From an uncultured Candidatus Saccharibacteria bacterium (lineage in GTDB: Bacteria; Patescibacteriota; CAZHWT01), in NCBI GenBank assembly GCA_964597145.1, contig CAZQWH010000002.1:49232-113231 (forward strand): DNA of 64,000 nucleotides, read 5' to 3'. Position 1 is the stretch's first letter, and every line of letters starts with the position of its first letter. This document shows, piece after piece, positions 9,307-19,699 of the stretch. A program made the translations under genes and the position numbers. Below the pieces are notes generated by a model. It worked only from the letters and a program-made list of their open reading frames with translations. It did no database searches and had not been told where the DNA came from.

Positions 9307-10158
9307 ATGTATGAAAATTTTGATTGGCAGTTTTTATTACCCTATACCAAAGAGGCGACTCCTGAAAGCTTAAATCCTGTAACGGTTATACATGAGTTAG
9401 ATCAATTACCTAAAAGTATAGTTGAGGCTACAGGGAAAATACATAGCTCAACACCACTCTCTCAAGCCTTATGCAATTATGTGCTATTGCTTAATGCCGA
9501 AAAGGGTGATTTTATCCTAAAAATAGCTAGAGGAGCATATAGAGGCGCGCAGTTGCAGCATGAGTACGCTATAGGCAAATACTTGATTCATAATTCCCAA
9601 TTTCGCTTGCTTTCAAATCCCATAAATTTTTCTAAGGAGGGCGACTTTTATTATTTCCTACAGACTCGAATAAGCGGTAGTGTACTTAGTCCAAGTATTG
9701 ACCAAAATATATGCATTCAGCTGGCTAAGTCATTAAAGGAAATTCACTCATCGAGTTTAATTTATGAGAATTATGATGTAGTTCTCGAATATAATCTCGC
9801 TTTAGCTGAAGCAAATTTTCATAGCAAGCTTATCGATCTAGAGGAATTTATTGGCATAGGTGATCCTTCGACTGTGTTGTCATGGCTTCAGAGTCATCGG
9901 CCTTCTCATCACCCCTTAACTCTCATTCATGGCGATTTTCGACCGAAAAATACACTTTGGCAAGATTCTAAAATAGTCGGCATCATTGATTGGGCTTTTT
10001 CTTCCATAGGCGATCCCTACTACGATATAGCAATAATTCAGTTTTACCTCAAAACACAGCAGCTAAAGGATACCTTTTATATTGAATACGGTATCACTGA
10101 TTTAGATTGGGGAAGGCTTGACTACTATGACAAGTTGAGCAAATTCCTAAATGTTTAA
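9307..10158 (+). CDS. Aminoglycoside/choline-kinase-type phosphotransferase (APH fold)
   Basis: Brenner motif 'HGDFRPKN' and 'IIDWAFSSIGDPYYDIA' (DFG-like), nucleotide-binding-lobe features; flanked by identical 22-nt direct repeats. Confidence 0.7.
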   Translation: MYENFDWQFLLPYTKEATPESLNPVTVIHELDQLPKSIVEATGKIHSSTPLSQALCNYVLLLNAEKGDFILKIARGAYRGAQLQHEYAIGKYLIHNSQFRLLSNPINFSKEGDFYYFLQTRISGSVLSPSIDQNICIQLAKSLKEIHSSSLIYENYDVVLEYNLALAEANFHSKLIDLEEFIGIGDPSTVLSWLQSHRPSHHPLTLIHGDFRPKNTLWQDSKIVGIIDWAFSSIGDPYYDIAIIQFYLKTQQLKDTFYIEYGITDLDWGRLDYYDKLSKFLNV

Positions 10159-10637
10159 TGGCACAATTCTAGCCTTATATCATCCAACCACTCCAGCAGG
10201 TGTTCGAACCAAATGGCATCCGGCTCACCATAAATGGCTCAGATCATTTGATCTAGGCTATTTTTGTTGCGTCGCTAGCGAATCTCCCAGTTCATAGTAC
10301 TGTTCGCTTGGCAGGAGAGTACTATTTGCACAACGATACTAATTGTATGAATTACCAACTTGGCGGAGCCAACTCCCTCCCGGCTCACCAAAACATCTAA
10401 ACAGTGCGCCTCGGATCCATCCATCTATCTGAGGTAAAAAAGCTTTGTTACGTAACATGTTACGCAATAATAGGGTCTGGTGATATCTGTGAGGGGAGCA
10501 GGTGTCATATTTAACTCAACGTACATCCATAGGATCATGTAAATTAATTTTATTTGATATATAGCCTATAATATTATATAATCGTCACTATACATAACCG
10601 AGGTTCGCAAGCAAGTATCTACAAAGGAGACTGCAGA

Positions 10638-10976
10638 GTGGAAGCAATTCTCATAGTCCTTTGTGCATTGGTGGCTGTTATAGTTGCAGGGATAATCATC
10701 CTCAACCCGTTTGCTGCAATGCGCTTTCGGCAACGGTTTGTATATGTGGGCCCTGCCAAACCGCTTTCATATAGAACTGGTATGCAGGATAAGCAGCGAT
10801 GCTTCTGCACAGCACGTGGCACCACTCTGATTCTGTTCAAACCACTGATCGGCAGTAGTGTTATCGCCAACTATCAATCAACCGGCGACACTAACTGTCA
10901 GTCATGCACTGAGCATGAGGCGCTCCTCATCAAGAAGAGCGATCTCGCAAGTTGGCTGCACGCGAACGCCAGATAA
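10638..10976 (+). CDS. Small membrane-anchored hypothetical protein
   Basis: GTG start after RBS 'AAAGGAG'; N-terminal TM helix; strong terminator immediately downstream. An alternative minus-strand ORF overlaps it. Confidence 0.35.
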   Translation: MEAILIVLCALVAVIVAGIIILNPFAAMRFRQRFVYVGPAKPLSYRTGMQDKQRCFCTARGTTLILFKPLIGSSVIANYQSTGDTNCQSCTEHEALLIKKSDLASWLHANAR

Positions 10977-10993
10977 GCCTACTAGCAATACAA

Positions 10994-11036
10994 TGGCGCC
11001 CTACCACTCACCGAGGTCGACGGGCGCCAGTTTTAT
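10994..11036 (+). terminator. Rho-independent terminator
   Basis: GGCGCCC stem ... GGGCGCC followed by TTTTATT. Confidence 0.6.
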
Positions 11037-11178
11037 TCTCGACTTTTATCCCTAGTGTAAATAGGGGATAAACACCTGACAGGTGGAAAGATGTACATTA
11101 CGTCATTCGGATGGCACAATCGAACACTTTGCATTATTCATTATTAAATAGAGACAAAAATTACCGTTTCAAGCAGAA

Positions 11179-12291
11179 CTAATTATAGAACGACCAATTT
11201 TGCGTATTGATGACTGTCTTTCCAAGATACTTATTTAGTATATTCGCCAATTTCTCATAAAAATCATCGTCAAGATTTCCACTCAAAATTCGCTCTTTTA
11301 TGTGCTCCGGCACCGAAGCCATAAATCTTCCTAGTAACGCCTCTCTATATTTAGACGCTGAATATTTTTCACCATTCCGATCCTTAATGCTTTTTTCTGC
11401 AGCCACACCCATTCCTGGGGCTAGTTCGGTGGTAACAAAAGGCACCTTACTGTTAACAAAATCATCAGCATGTGCTTGGTATATTCGTTGAATCACCGAT
11501 AATGCTTTATCTGCCTGCTCGTCATCGGAGTACAATACAATTCGATCATCTCTATGTTTCGTGGCAAAATCGCCGGCTACCATCGAGGCCTCAGATACTT
11601 TAATTTGGACCGATAGGTCCTCCTCTACAATCGCCTCCATCACTTCTTCAAAAACCTGCTTAGCTGCAGCAGGGTGTGGATTAAGATAAATTCTTTTAGA
11701 CGGGTAATTGAACGTGCCATTTTCAATATTTTGCATGGCTTTTGGTGAAGTATACTCCGCAAAAACAAGTGAATTATCCGAACACGAGAATCCTGCTTGC
11801 TTATATTTGCTACGCAAGGATTTCAGATCTTGGTAATAGGCTTCGCGCAACTTCTCGCTATTTGAGTAAGGCTGCTCGTATTCATTGTCCAGATAAAAAT
11901 CGTAACTTAGGTTTATCTGGCCTCCATTTTTGCGATACGAATCCAGGAGTAGCTTTGTTTTTTCGGCGTCGAAATGGTTGGGTATTTGCATTGCCTGTTC
12001 AAAGGTGGTTGCCTTGAAAGTCTCAGCCTCTCTTTGTATTCGAACTTCCTTACTCCTTAGGGCATCCATATAAGCTGCGTGGTCGGGATATTTTTTAAGA
12101 ATAGCAGTATACGCTTGGAGCTCAGGATGACTTAGATCCTCCCACCCCGAACGATACATTTCTTGAATAACCTGGGCTTCGGGATCATCTTGCGTTGCAA
12201 AGCGATCAATAATTTCTTGCGGAGTTTCTGGATTAAATCCTGGCACTTCACTCATAAAAAGTATTGTACAGAAAAAACTTTCGCGATCCAA
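11179..12291 (-). CDS. Hypothetical protein (370 aa)
   Basis: Long ORF, acidic/helical; start ambiguous (TTG at 12291 with 'GGAAG' upstream, or ATG at 12255); no motif recognised. Confidence 0.45.
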   Translation of the reverse strand: MDRESFFCTILFMSEVPGFNPETPQEIIDRFATQDDPEAQVIQEMYRSGWEDLSHPELQAYTAILKKYPDHAAYMDALRSKEVRIQREAETFKATTFEQAMQIPNHFDAEKTKLLLDSYRKNGGQINLSYDFYLDNEYEQPYSNSEKLREAYYQDLKSLRSKYKQAGFSCSDNSLVFAEYTSPKAMQNIENGTFNYPSKRIYLNPHPAAAKQVFEEVMEAIVEEDLSVQIKVSEASMVAGDFATKHRDDRIVLYSDDEQADKALSVIQRIYQAHADDFVNSKVPFVTTELAPGMGVAAEKSIKDRNGEKYSASKYREALLGRFMASVPEHIKERILSGNLDDDFYEKLANILNKYLGKTVINTQNWSFYN

Positions 12292-12623
12292 CTATTACCC
12301 AGCTTCCATACTTTCATTAAAGTAAGGAATTTGGTTGTACAGAGGGGATACCCACTCCCGATATGGTAAAGTTCTAGTCATAACGCTAGTAGTTTTATCT
12401 GAGTTAAAATGACTTTGTTACGTAACACGTTACGTAACAATAGGCATAGTGGTATCTACAAGAGGGCACCTGTTAAGAGGTAAACGCCTGACAGGTGGCA
12501 GAGCTGATTACTCCATAGCCAACCACTCACCCTCAAAGTTGTTGTCGCACTACTTGCGCATAATATTTCAACTCCTCTGTATCATCTGATATAATTCCGC
12601 CACGTATCAAAGGAGTAGACAGT

Positions 12624-13022
12624 ATGCCAAAGACATTCGTCACCTGCGCCATTATTATTGACGACCAAGACCGCTATCTACTAATTAAACGTGCCCGAGA
12701 TCCCTATGCAGGATATTGGGCATGCATTAGTGGTATAGGCGCCTCAAGGAAAGGATTTCCGCCCGAGCAAGCAGTTATCAACGAAGTCAAACACGACATT
12801 AGAGCGGAGTTCCAGGGACATCTAGCCTTCAGCTACCCTTTACCAGAATCTAGGTTAGCCAGCACTGCCTATGTCTTTATTGGCCAAGTCAATCAAAGCC
12901 AGATCGCTCTTAATCCAAGAGCTGCTACAGACTATAGATGGTTCAGCCACCACGAATTAGAGCAAGAAGCATCATTGGCTTTCGAGGATAAGTGGATCCT
13001 TGAGCAAATCACCACAAGCTAG
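12624..13022 (+). CDS. NUDIX-like hydrolase (degenerate Nudix box)
   Basis: 'GYWACISGIGASRKGFPPEQAVINEVKHDIRAEF' is a degraded GX5EX7REUXEEXGU box; RBS 'AAAGGAG'. Confidence 0.45.
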   Translation: MPKTFVTCAIIIDDQDRYLLIKRARDPYAGYWACISGIGASRKGFPPEQAVINEVKHDIRAEFQGHLAFSYPLPESRLASTAYVFIGQVNQSQIALNPRAATDYRWFSHHELEQEASLAFEDKWILEQITTS

Positions 13023-13253
13023 CTCAACCACACCTCCTAGCAACCAAGACCAAAACCTACCTTTGGTCTTGGTTAATCCATGCCTCTTTTATGTCTGTAA
13101 ATTAATGGATTAGGTTATTATTCAATCACTCCAATAGGCATCCGATACTTTAGAGTCTAAATACATTAATCGAGCATTGCAATCATTGACTCGAGATGGC
13201 TCATCTCTTAAACAGTTATAATAGCCTATATTACACAGCCGAATGTATTATGT

Positions 13254-14198
13254 ATGAGAATAAAGATTAGACAAGAAGTATACGATGATTACTGGCGGTT
13301 TGCTGCCGAACGCCAGGAAATATTTTTTCGGCGTTTAGAGGGAGAACTGCCACCATATACATCTGATCCAATTTTGTCTCACTATAAATTTTGTAATACC
13401 TACCGGGCTAGCGACCGAGTGTCTCAGTTTTTAATTAAAGAAGTCATTTATAGCCAACAGCGCTCAGATGCCGACACGCTCTTTCGTATTTTTCTGTTTC
13501 GCCTGCTCAATAAAAACACAACCTGGATGGAACTAGAGAAGCGAATAGAGGAGATATCGCTGACAAAATTTAATACCGATCATTATGCATCAGCACTGGA
13601 GAATATAAGAAAAACACAACCCATTTACGGCAATGCGTTTATACTCTGCGCCAATAAGGCGTTTGGTTTTGACCAGAAGCATCGGAATCACTTAGCATTA
13701 CTTGAGCAAGTTTTTGTGAAAACCAATATTTCTAATGATTTATTGGGAGCCAAAAGTTTAAAGGATTTATTTAAAACCCTTCGATCACTACCATTAATTG
13801 GGGATTTTATGGCATACCAGATTGCCATTGATATGAACTATTCTGAGGTATTTAACTTCAACGAAAACGACTTTACAATTGCGGGCCCAGGAGCAATTCG
13901 TGGCATTAAAAAGTGTATCGAAGATCCCAACGGAACCACTACGGAAGAAATCATTAGCTATATGGTGGAACATCAAGATGAAGAATTTGCGCGCTTAGGG
14001 CTAACATTTAAAAATTTAGGCGGGAGAAAATTACACGCCATTGATTGCCAAGGCCTCTTTTGTGAAACGGACAAGTATTCGCGGGTAAAACACCCCGAGC
14101 TGAAAAGCAGCCGGTCTAAAATAAAATCGACCTTTAAGCCCCTGGCAAAGCCAATCGACTATATGTACCCGCCAAAGTGGAACATTAGACTTGGCTAA
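13254..14198 (+). CDS. Hypothetical protein (314 aa), function unknown
   Basis: Clean ORF; conserved-looking 'YKFCNTYRASDRVSQFL'; no family recognised. Confidence 0.45.
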   Translation: MRIKIRQEVYDDYWRFAAERQEIFFRRLEGELPPYTSDPILSHYKFCNTYRASDRVSQFLIKEVIYSQQRSDADTLFRIFLFRLLNKNTTWMELEKRIEEISLTKFNTDHYASALENIRKTQPIYGNAFILCANKAFGFDQKHRNHLALLEQVFVKTNISNDLLGAKSLKDLFKTLRSLPLIGDFMAYQIAIDMNYSEVFNFNENDFTIAGPGAIRGIKKCIEDPNGTTTEEIISYMVEHQDEEFARLGLTFKNLGGRKLHAIDCQGLFCETDKYSRVKHPELKSSRSKIKSTFKPLAKPIDYMYPPKWNIRLG

Positions 14199-14555
14199 CT
14201 GATACCCAAGTCACCAAACTTGCCGTATATAAGGGGTTTAACCATTTCAGAAGGTGTTCAAATAAAATTGCATCTAGGGTAACTATAAATACGCATGTAG
14301 CTTACTTACCTCAGACAAGTAAGCTACGTCTTAAATCAAGCAACCTAGGTTCAAAGCTATTTAACCTTTGAGGTTAAAGTCGTAAAGGTCTATATTATTA
14401 GAGGCTTAATACGAGGTACGAAAATTTACTCAAACTCTACCCAACCGTCATTGCCAGGTCGCCACGCTCCCCACCATGACGACAAATTCAGACTATGAGA
14501 AAGGAAAAGGGAGCATCAATTGATGCTCCCGCGACGCCAGTGGCGCCCAATAAAT

Positions 14556-15245
14556 CTACTTGGCCTGTTGCTGAATCAGCCAACGAGTCAGATCACCATC
14601 CGTCGGATTAACAAGCGTATCCTTCGCCCCGAAGAACTCGAGGGCAAGCTCGCTGTCTAACCCAATAGCATAAACGACTACCTCAAGGCGTAGTTTATAC
14701 TCGTAGAGGTAGTTGCTCACCTCCACTCGGGGCGGTTGGGAGGCAAAGCTCTGTCCGCTCCAGAGAGCCTGCTGAATTCCCTCGGAAGGCTGCTCCGAAA
14801 GAGAGGCCTCAAAAGCAGCAGCTTCCTGCTTAACCCATTCAATCGTCTGATTGAGAATTACCCGTGTATGTTCCCACACGGCATCGCTTGGTTTGGGGTA
14901 GACTAACCTCGACAAATGTCTCAGCATAATCCGTTCGGCTGTATCGAGGGCAACCGAAGTCGCCTCAACACTTGCTCCTCGCAGCCTTGCTAATTCCACC
15001 ACAGTCCGCGTTGACATATCTTGAGTGCCTGGCAAGTCAAGCTTGTGTTTGGCTACAAACAACTCATACCTCAGTTCTGATAGTTCAGCTTCTGCCACCT
15101 CCTCAACTTGATCCACCGTTGGAATGACAGCACCGAGTGTACTGCTAAAAAGCCGTCCAACTAAGCCCACCATATCGGCTTCTGCATGGAAGTCATAGGT
15201 GTCTGGCAAAAGCTTAGCCATCTCAGGTGACTTTGACCGCCGCAT
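14556..15245 (-). CDS. Hypothetical protein on a GC-rich segment
   Basis: 229-aa ORF; local GC is clearly higher than its surroundings. Confidence 0.4.
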   Translation of the reverse strand: MRRSKSPEMAKLLPDTYDFHAEADMVGLVGRLFSSTLGAVIPTVDQVEEVAEAELSELRYELFVAKHKLDLPGTQDMSTRTVVELARLRGASVEATSVALDTAERIMLRHLSRLVYPKPSDAVWEHTRVILNQTIEWVKQEAAAFEASLSEQPSEGIQQALWSGQSFASQPPRVEVSNYLYEYKLRLEVVVYAIGLDSELALEFFGAKDTLVNPTDGDLTRWLIQQQAK

Positions 15246-15901
15246 GTCTTACTCCTTACCTTACTAACCCGCAATAGCACGGCCACCTGGCCTTAAGGTT
15301 AGCCCGCCGAATTTAGCACAAACTACTAAAAAGGTCAACGAGTGTGCCTAAAAAGGGAATATCAATTGATACTTCCATATAGCCTAGACTGCAACAGCTA
15401 GGCTGCGCTGGCGCGGGCAGTCTTCTGTCTCCAGACGCCAGCTCTCCATTAAGTAGCAACCAATCACCACCGGTTGGCTAGTAAACTCGCCTGGCACCGC
15501 CGAATCTGCACAAAAGCGTAAGTGAGATAGCCTATTTTCTCTTGTCTCAGTGGTGATTTTCACGGCAATGGTGAAGTGATGCAAGTCGTGCTAAATCCCG
15601 AGGTGTCAAGGGATAAACACCCCCGAGGTGTAGTTATCTGAACACCATGCTTACGCGCTGCCTGGGTGGCACTGAGACGTTGCATGCGAACATCATTAAC
15701 GCCAGGCGCCTTACTTTGGATGCAAACGGATTAGTGCTGTACATAAAAACGAGTGCCCTCCTAGATGTAGTCATATACAACTAGTGTGGCACCCGTTTCT
15801 GGTCTTACCCAGTGCTGCATAGGTAGTGAAGTATTGCGCTTGTAACCTATAGTACGGTACAGTATCTATGATATTGTTCGCGACAACACAGGAGAATTAC
15901 C

Positions 15902-16279
15902 GTGAAAATCAAGAACTATCTCCGGGAAGATCTTAGTCGCATGATGATTATGGTCATCGTCATGCGATTACTGCTCGAAGTGGGAGCCATGACTATATTC
16001 GCCACAATGCTGCATGAGGGCTTGCTAGACATGAGACTCATTGTCCTGGCCTGCTTGTCCATTTCGGTATCCAGAGTCGCTATAAGGGAAATCGAGCCAG
16101 CTTTCGGTAACCCGGGGAGAGCTCTGTTCTGGGTCGAAAAAGCAGCAATTGTGTTGCTTTCAACCTCCGTAGCAGTTCTGGTCGCCGGTCTGTATCTGCA
16201 CCAAAGAGATAGCACTGCGGGTGTTATGGCATCAGCTTCAACTAGCGGCACTACTCGTGTTTTGCTGTGCCCTGATTGA
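15902..16279 (+). CDS. Small multi-TM membrane protein, hypothetical
   Basis: GTG start after 'AGGAGAA'; three hydrophobic helices. An overlapping antisense ORF exists and the region is GC-rich, so the strand call is uncertain. Confidence 0.3.
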   Translation: MKIKNYLREDLSRMMIMVIVMRLLLEVGAMTIFATMLHEGLLDMRLIVLACLSISVSRVAIREIEPAFGNPGRALFWVEKAAIVLLSTSVAVLVAGLYLHQRDSTAGVMASASTSGTTRVLLCPD

Positions 16280-16440
16280 TGCCACCATCACCATGATTGG
16301 CATCCGGCACAGTAAAAAACCTCGACGTCTTAGTACAACACCAGGCGCAGATGTCCACCTATCAGCTCGCAAAACAGCATCGCGATCAATAGTCTAGCAG
16401 CGCCCAATTCCCTAATCGGATACGGGCGCTATATTTTTAT

Positions 16441-16470
16441 ACAAATACATATATATATATATATATATAT
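16441..16470. repeat. (AT)n dinucleotide microsatellite (~13 units)
   Basis: 'acatatatatatatatatatatatatatattc' read directly. Confidence 0.9.
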
Positions 16471-16625
16471 ATTCTGGGATAAAATATTATACCGTTCATC
16501 GCTGAATCCCAGAGAAGTGGAGTCTTAGGTTTTATGGAGCACAAATAACCCAACTCCAAAGTTCAATTTGGTAATTCTACTCAGAAGTATTAGTATAGTA
16601 GCAGTATTTTGAAAAGGTAGCAGAT

Positions 16626-17177
16626 ATGACTATAGCCATCATTATTGGCAGTGTGCGCCAAGGTTCCTTTAATCAACACTTAGCTAAATTAGCAATTGCC
16701 CAGACCCCCAAAGAGGTAGAAATAGTCGAGCTACCCATTACTGGATTACCTTTTTATAATCAAGATTTGGATGACAAGTTGCCACGGCCAGTCCAGCAAT
16801 TTAAGCAGGCAATAAGCCAAGCCGATGGGGTTCTTATCGTTACACCCGAATATAACCGCTCCTTGCCCGGTATAGTTAAAAACGCCATCGACTGGGCTTC
16901 TCGCCCAGATAAAGACTCGGTGTGGGCCGGTAAGCCAGTCGGCATAATGGGCGCATCTAATGGGCAGTTCGGCACTATTACTGCCCAGTTCGACCTGCGC
17001 CGAATTCTAACGCACACCAGTTGCTTAATTATGCCCCAACCGCAAGTGTATGTTGCCAGGGCCCAAGATAAGCTTAGCCAACAAGGCACATTTGACGCTA
17101 CCACTACTAAAGTGGTCAACCGCTACATGAAAGCACTGGTGGAGTGGGTCGAACTCAATCGGCAGCAAACGCCCTAA
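16626..17177 (+). CDS. NADPH-dependent FMN reductase family flavoprotein
   Basis: 'IIGSVRQGSFNQHLAK', 'GVLIVTPEYNRSLPGIVKNAIDW' typical of FMN_red (SsuE/ArsH-type). Confidence 0.85.
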   Translation: MTIAIIIGSVRQGSFNQHLAKLAIAQTPKEVEIVELPITGLPFYNQDLDDKLPRPVQQFKQAISQADGVLIVTPEYNRSLPGIVKNAIDWASRPDKDSVWAGKPVGIMGASNGQFGTITAQFDLRRILTHTSCLIMPQPQVYVARAQDKLSQQGTFDATTTKVVNRYMKALVEWVELNRQQTP

Positions 17178-17256
17178 AACCCCCAACCGCTTCGCCTCGT
17201 CTTAACAAAAAGAGCTAGGCTAAACTCTAATCCACAATTCTAGACAATAATAAAAA

Positions 17257-17946
17257 TTAGTCGTTATAGCCCGGGAAATAATCGGTTATGATCTGGTCTT
17301 TCTCAACACCAGCCTCACTCAATTGCTGGGTGTAGCCACCAACCATTGGTTCAGGCCCAGAAATATAGAAGTAAACTTTTTCTCCGTCAAACTGATCGGC
17401 CGCCGCGGTAATATCGGTCAGCTGGATGCGTTGGTCACCAATATAGTATCGCGTCGTGAAAGTAAAACTGGCTGCAGCGATTTTTTCCAACACATCTTTA
17501 AACACCACCTCGTCGTCACGATTAGCATACAACAAGGCCACCTGGATCGGTTGCTGCCGATGTGCCAAATCAAGCAAAATAGAGTGGAATGGTGTAATAC
17601 CAATCCCTCCGGCAATAAACACATAATGGGCCTGAGGATTATCAACCACAAACTCGCCCATGGGTTTGGAGACCTCAATTTCATCACCTATGTTCAACTC
17701 ATCCAAGGCAGACTTAAAAGTACTCCCATGTTGATGGTCTAGCCGGGTCGTAATTTGAATGTGCTCCTCGTAAGGAGCAGACGAAATGGTAAAGTAGCGC
17801 GACTCACCTCGGTCATCCGGTGATGTTTGCGGTAGATGGTACTCAATAAATTGACCAGCTTGCCATTCAACCGAATCAGCTGGCTGGAACTGGTAGGTTG
17901 TGACTGTTGAAGTTTCTGGGATTTTTTTAATCAGAGTTGCTTTCAT
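17257..17946 (-). CDS. Ferredoxin-NADP reductase-like oxidoreductase (FAD/NAD(P)-binding)
   Basis: FAD motif 'RYFTISS', NAD motif 'GGIGITP'. Confidence 0.8.
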   Translation of the reverse strand: MKATLIKKIPETSTVTTYQFQPADSVEWQAGQFIEYHLPQTSPDDRGESRYFTISSAPYEEHIQITTRLDHQHGSTFKSALDELNIGDEIEVSKPMGEFVVDNPQAHYVFIAGGIGITPFHSILLDLAHRQQPIQVALLYANRDDEVVFKDVLEKIAAASFTFTTRYYIGDQRIQLTDITAAADQFDGEKVYFYISGPEPMVGGYTQQLSEAGVEKDQIITDYFPGYND

Positions 17947-18156
17947 AACAAACCTTTCTGTTGTGTTGTATCTAGCCTATCTCATTATACATCTCTGTGG
18001 CACCTGTTGGCATGATCAGCAGGTGCCATCACACATCCCATTCGGCTAGATTGATGCACCTACTAAAACGAGCCATTTTAGTTTCCTCTCTTTACAATTT
18101 AACCTATAGTGGTATACTTGGTTAAAATTCGAGAGAGGTAAAAGAAGGAGAGACTC

Positions 18157-18579
18157 GTGGATGTAATGCTGGTGGGGCGGGCATTTATCTTGCACCGTGA
18201 TAAACTTTTGTTGATCCAGCGTAATCTCGACGATGCCAACAATCCCGGCTTATGGGAAATTCCTGGAGGTAAAATTGACTCAGGAGAACTGCCTCTAACT
18301 TCTTTAATCCGTGAGGTAAAGGAGGAGGTTGGATTAAACATCCGGCCCATTTCACCAACTTTGGCCGGTTGGTCGTACTACATTACAGGCCAAGGTAAAT
18401 ACGCCGGCATGCTGTACTTACCGCTGTACACTGTCTTTGAGACCAATGACGAGGTGTCGCTCGGAACCGAACACTGTAGTTTAAGCTGGCTACCTTGGGC
18501 GGAAGCAGTGAGCCAACCTGGTTTAACACCAGCCACTGCCTACATGTTGGTCATAATGAAAGACTGGCTACGCCGTTAG
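18157..18579 (+). CDS. NUDIX hydrolase
   Basis: Canonical Nudix box 'GGKIDSGELPLTSLIREVKEEVG'; GTG start after 'AGAAGGAGAG'. Confidence 0.85.
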   Translation: MDVMLVGRAFILHRDKLLLIQRNLDDANNPGLWEIPGGKIDSGELPLTSLIREVKEEVGLNIRPISPTLAGWSYYITGQGKYAGMLYLPLYTVFETNDEVSLGTEHCSLSWLPWAEAVSQPGLTPATAYMLVIMKDWLRR

Positions 18580-18597
18580 AGCCTACAGCTATGCCAT

Positions 18598-18628
18598 AGG
18601 ACGCCGCCTCGTCGGCGTCCTATTTAAT
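18598..18628 (+). terminator. Rho-independent terminator after the NUDIX gene
   Basis: AGGACGCCG stem ... CGGCGTCCT followed by ATTT. Confidence 0.55.
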
Positions 18629-18800
18629 TCCCATTACACCAAATATACTTATTGAAAATAACGATCATAGATGGGCTGAATATTGATCAAGTAAGCCAGG
18701 TTCAAGCACGTTTAACCCCGATCAAATCAGGGCTAGCCTCCGAGGTTGCATCTTCAGTCTAGTTTGCCCATGGTGACTGCGGATAGGTATAATTAATTGG

Positions 18801-19241
18801 ATGGCCCGTAGCAACCCCCGTAACCATACCCACCATTTAGATAAACGGCTTCGTTTTCGCTTGCGCCTCTATATAGTTATTAGCCTTATCCTGTTAGGGA
18901 TACTGGTGTTTAATCTGGTACGGGGCGACTTGCGTCTCAATTTCGCATTGCTAGGGTTGGGTGCCGGAACAATACTCGGCGCACTTTCATCCCGTATGTT
19001 CCATACTTCCTGGGACAAAGATGCCGCCAAAATTGTCAGCCAGCTAGATTGGTATGGCGGGGCAATTTTAATTGGATACGTACTAATTGAGCTCAATCGC
19101 AATACAATTGTCCAATATTTTACTCATGGTATCCAAGTCACCACTACCGGACTTGTCGTATTGGCTGGGATCATGCTCGGCCGAGTGCTCGGCACAAGGG
19201 GACGAATCATCACTATATTAAAAGAGCAGCAGATACTATAA
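18801..19241 (+). CDS. Membrane protein, hypothetical
   Basis: 146 aa with 3-4 TM helices. Confidence 0.4.
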   Translation: MARSNPRNHTHHLDKRLRFRLRLYIVISLILLGILVFNLVRGDLRLNFALLGLGAGTILGALSSRMFHTSWDKDAAKIVSQLDWYGGAILIGYVLIELNRNTIVQYFTHGIQVTTTGLVVLAGIMLGRVLGTRGRIITILKEQQIL

Positions 19242-19699
19242 TCCAAAGCTTGGTTACAAACCAGCCAGGCATCGTTACTTACTTCCCAGCAAGAAACCTA
19301 ACTAAATCCCTACAATCCCTAAAATTCCAGCCAAAACCGGAGGAGCCGGGATAGGTAAGTTAACTTTGGCAAAAACATAACCGAGCACAGTTCCAGCCGC
19401 CAAAGCTAGCCCAGCCTCTTTCCAGTCTGTAGTCATAACTGTTTGGAAGACATTTTGAAAATTCATCATGAATCCTTTCTTATTATCCTACTAATACTAC
19501 CCAGTATACCAGAGGTATTTTGCAGATCTGCCTGTTTGATTTACAATGGTTTTATCGAGAGCATACTCCGACTCCTCCGTTCGTCATTCCCACCCTGTGC
19601 TAAGTGAAGTCGAGTAGGTCGGGAATCAAAGCCTATACTGACTATATATATCGGATTTCCACCTCCGTGGGAATGACAGAAATCTAGAGCTAGTTATTT

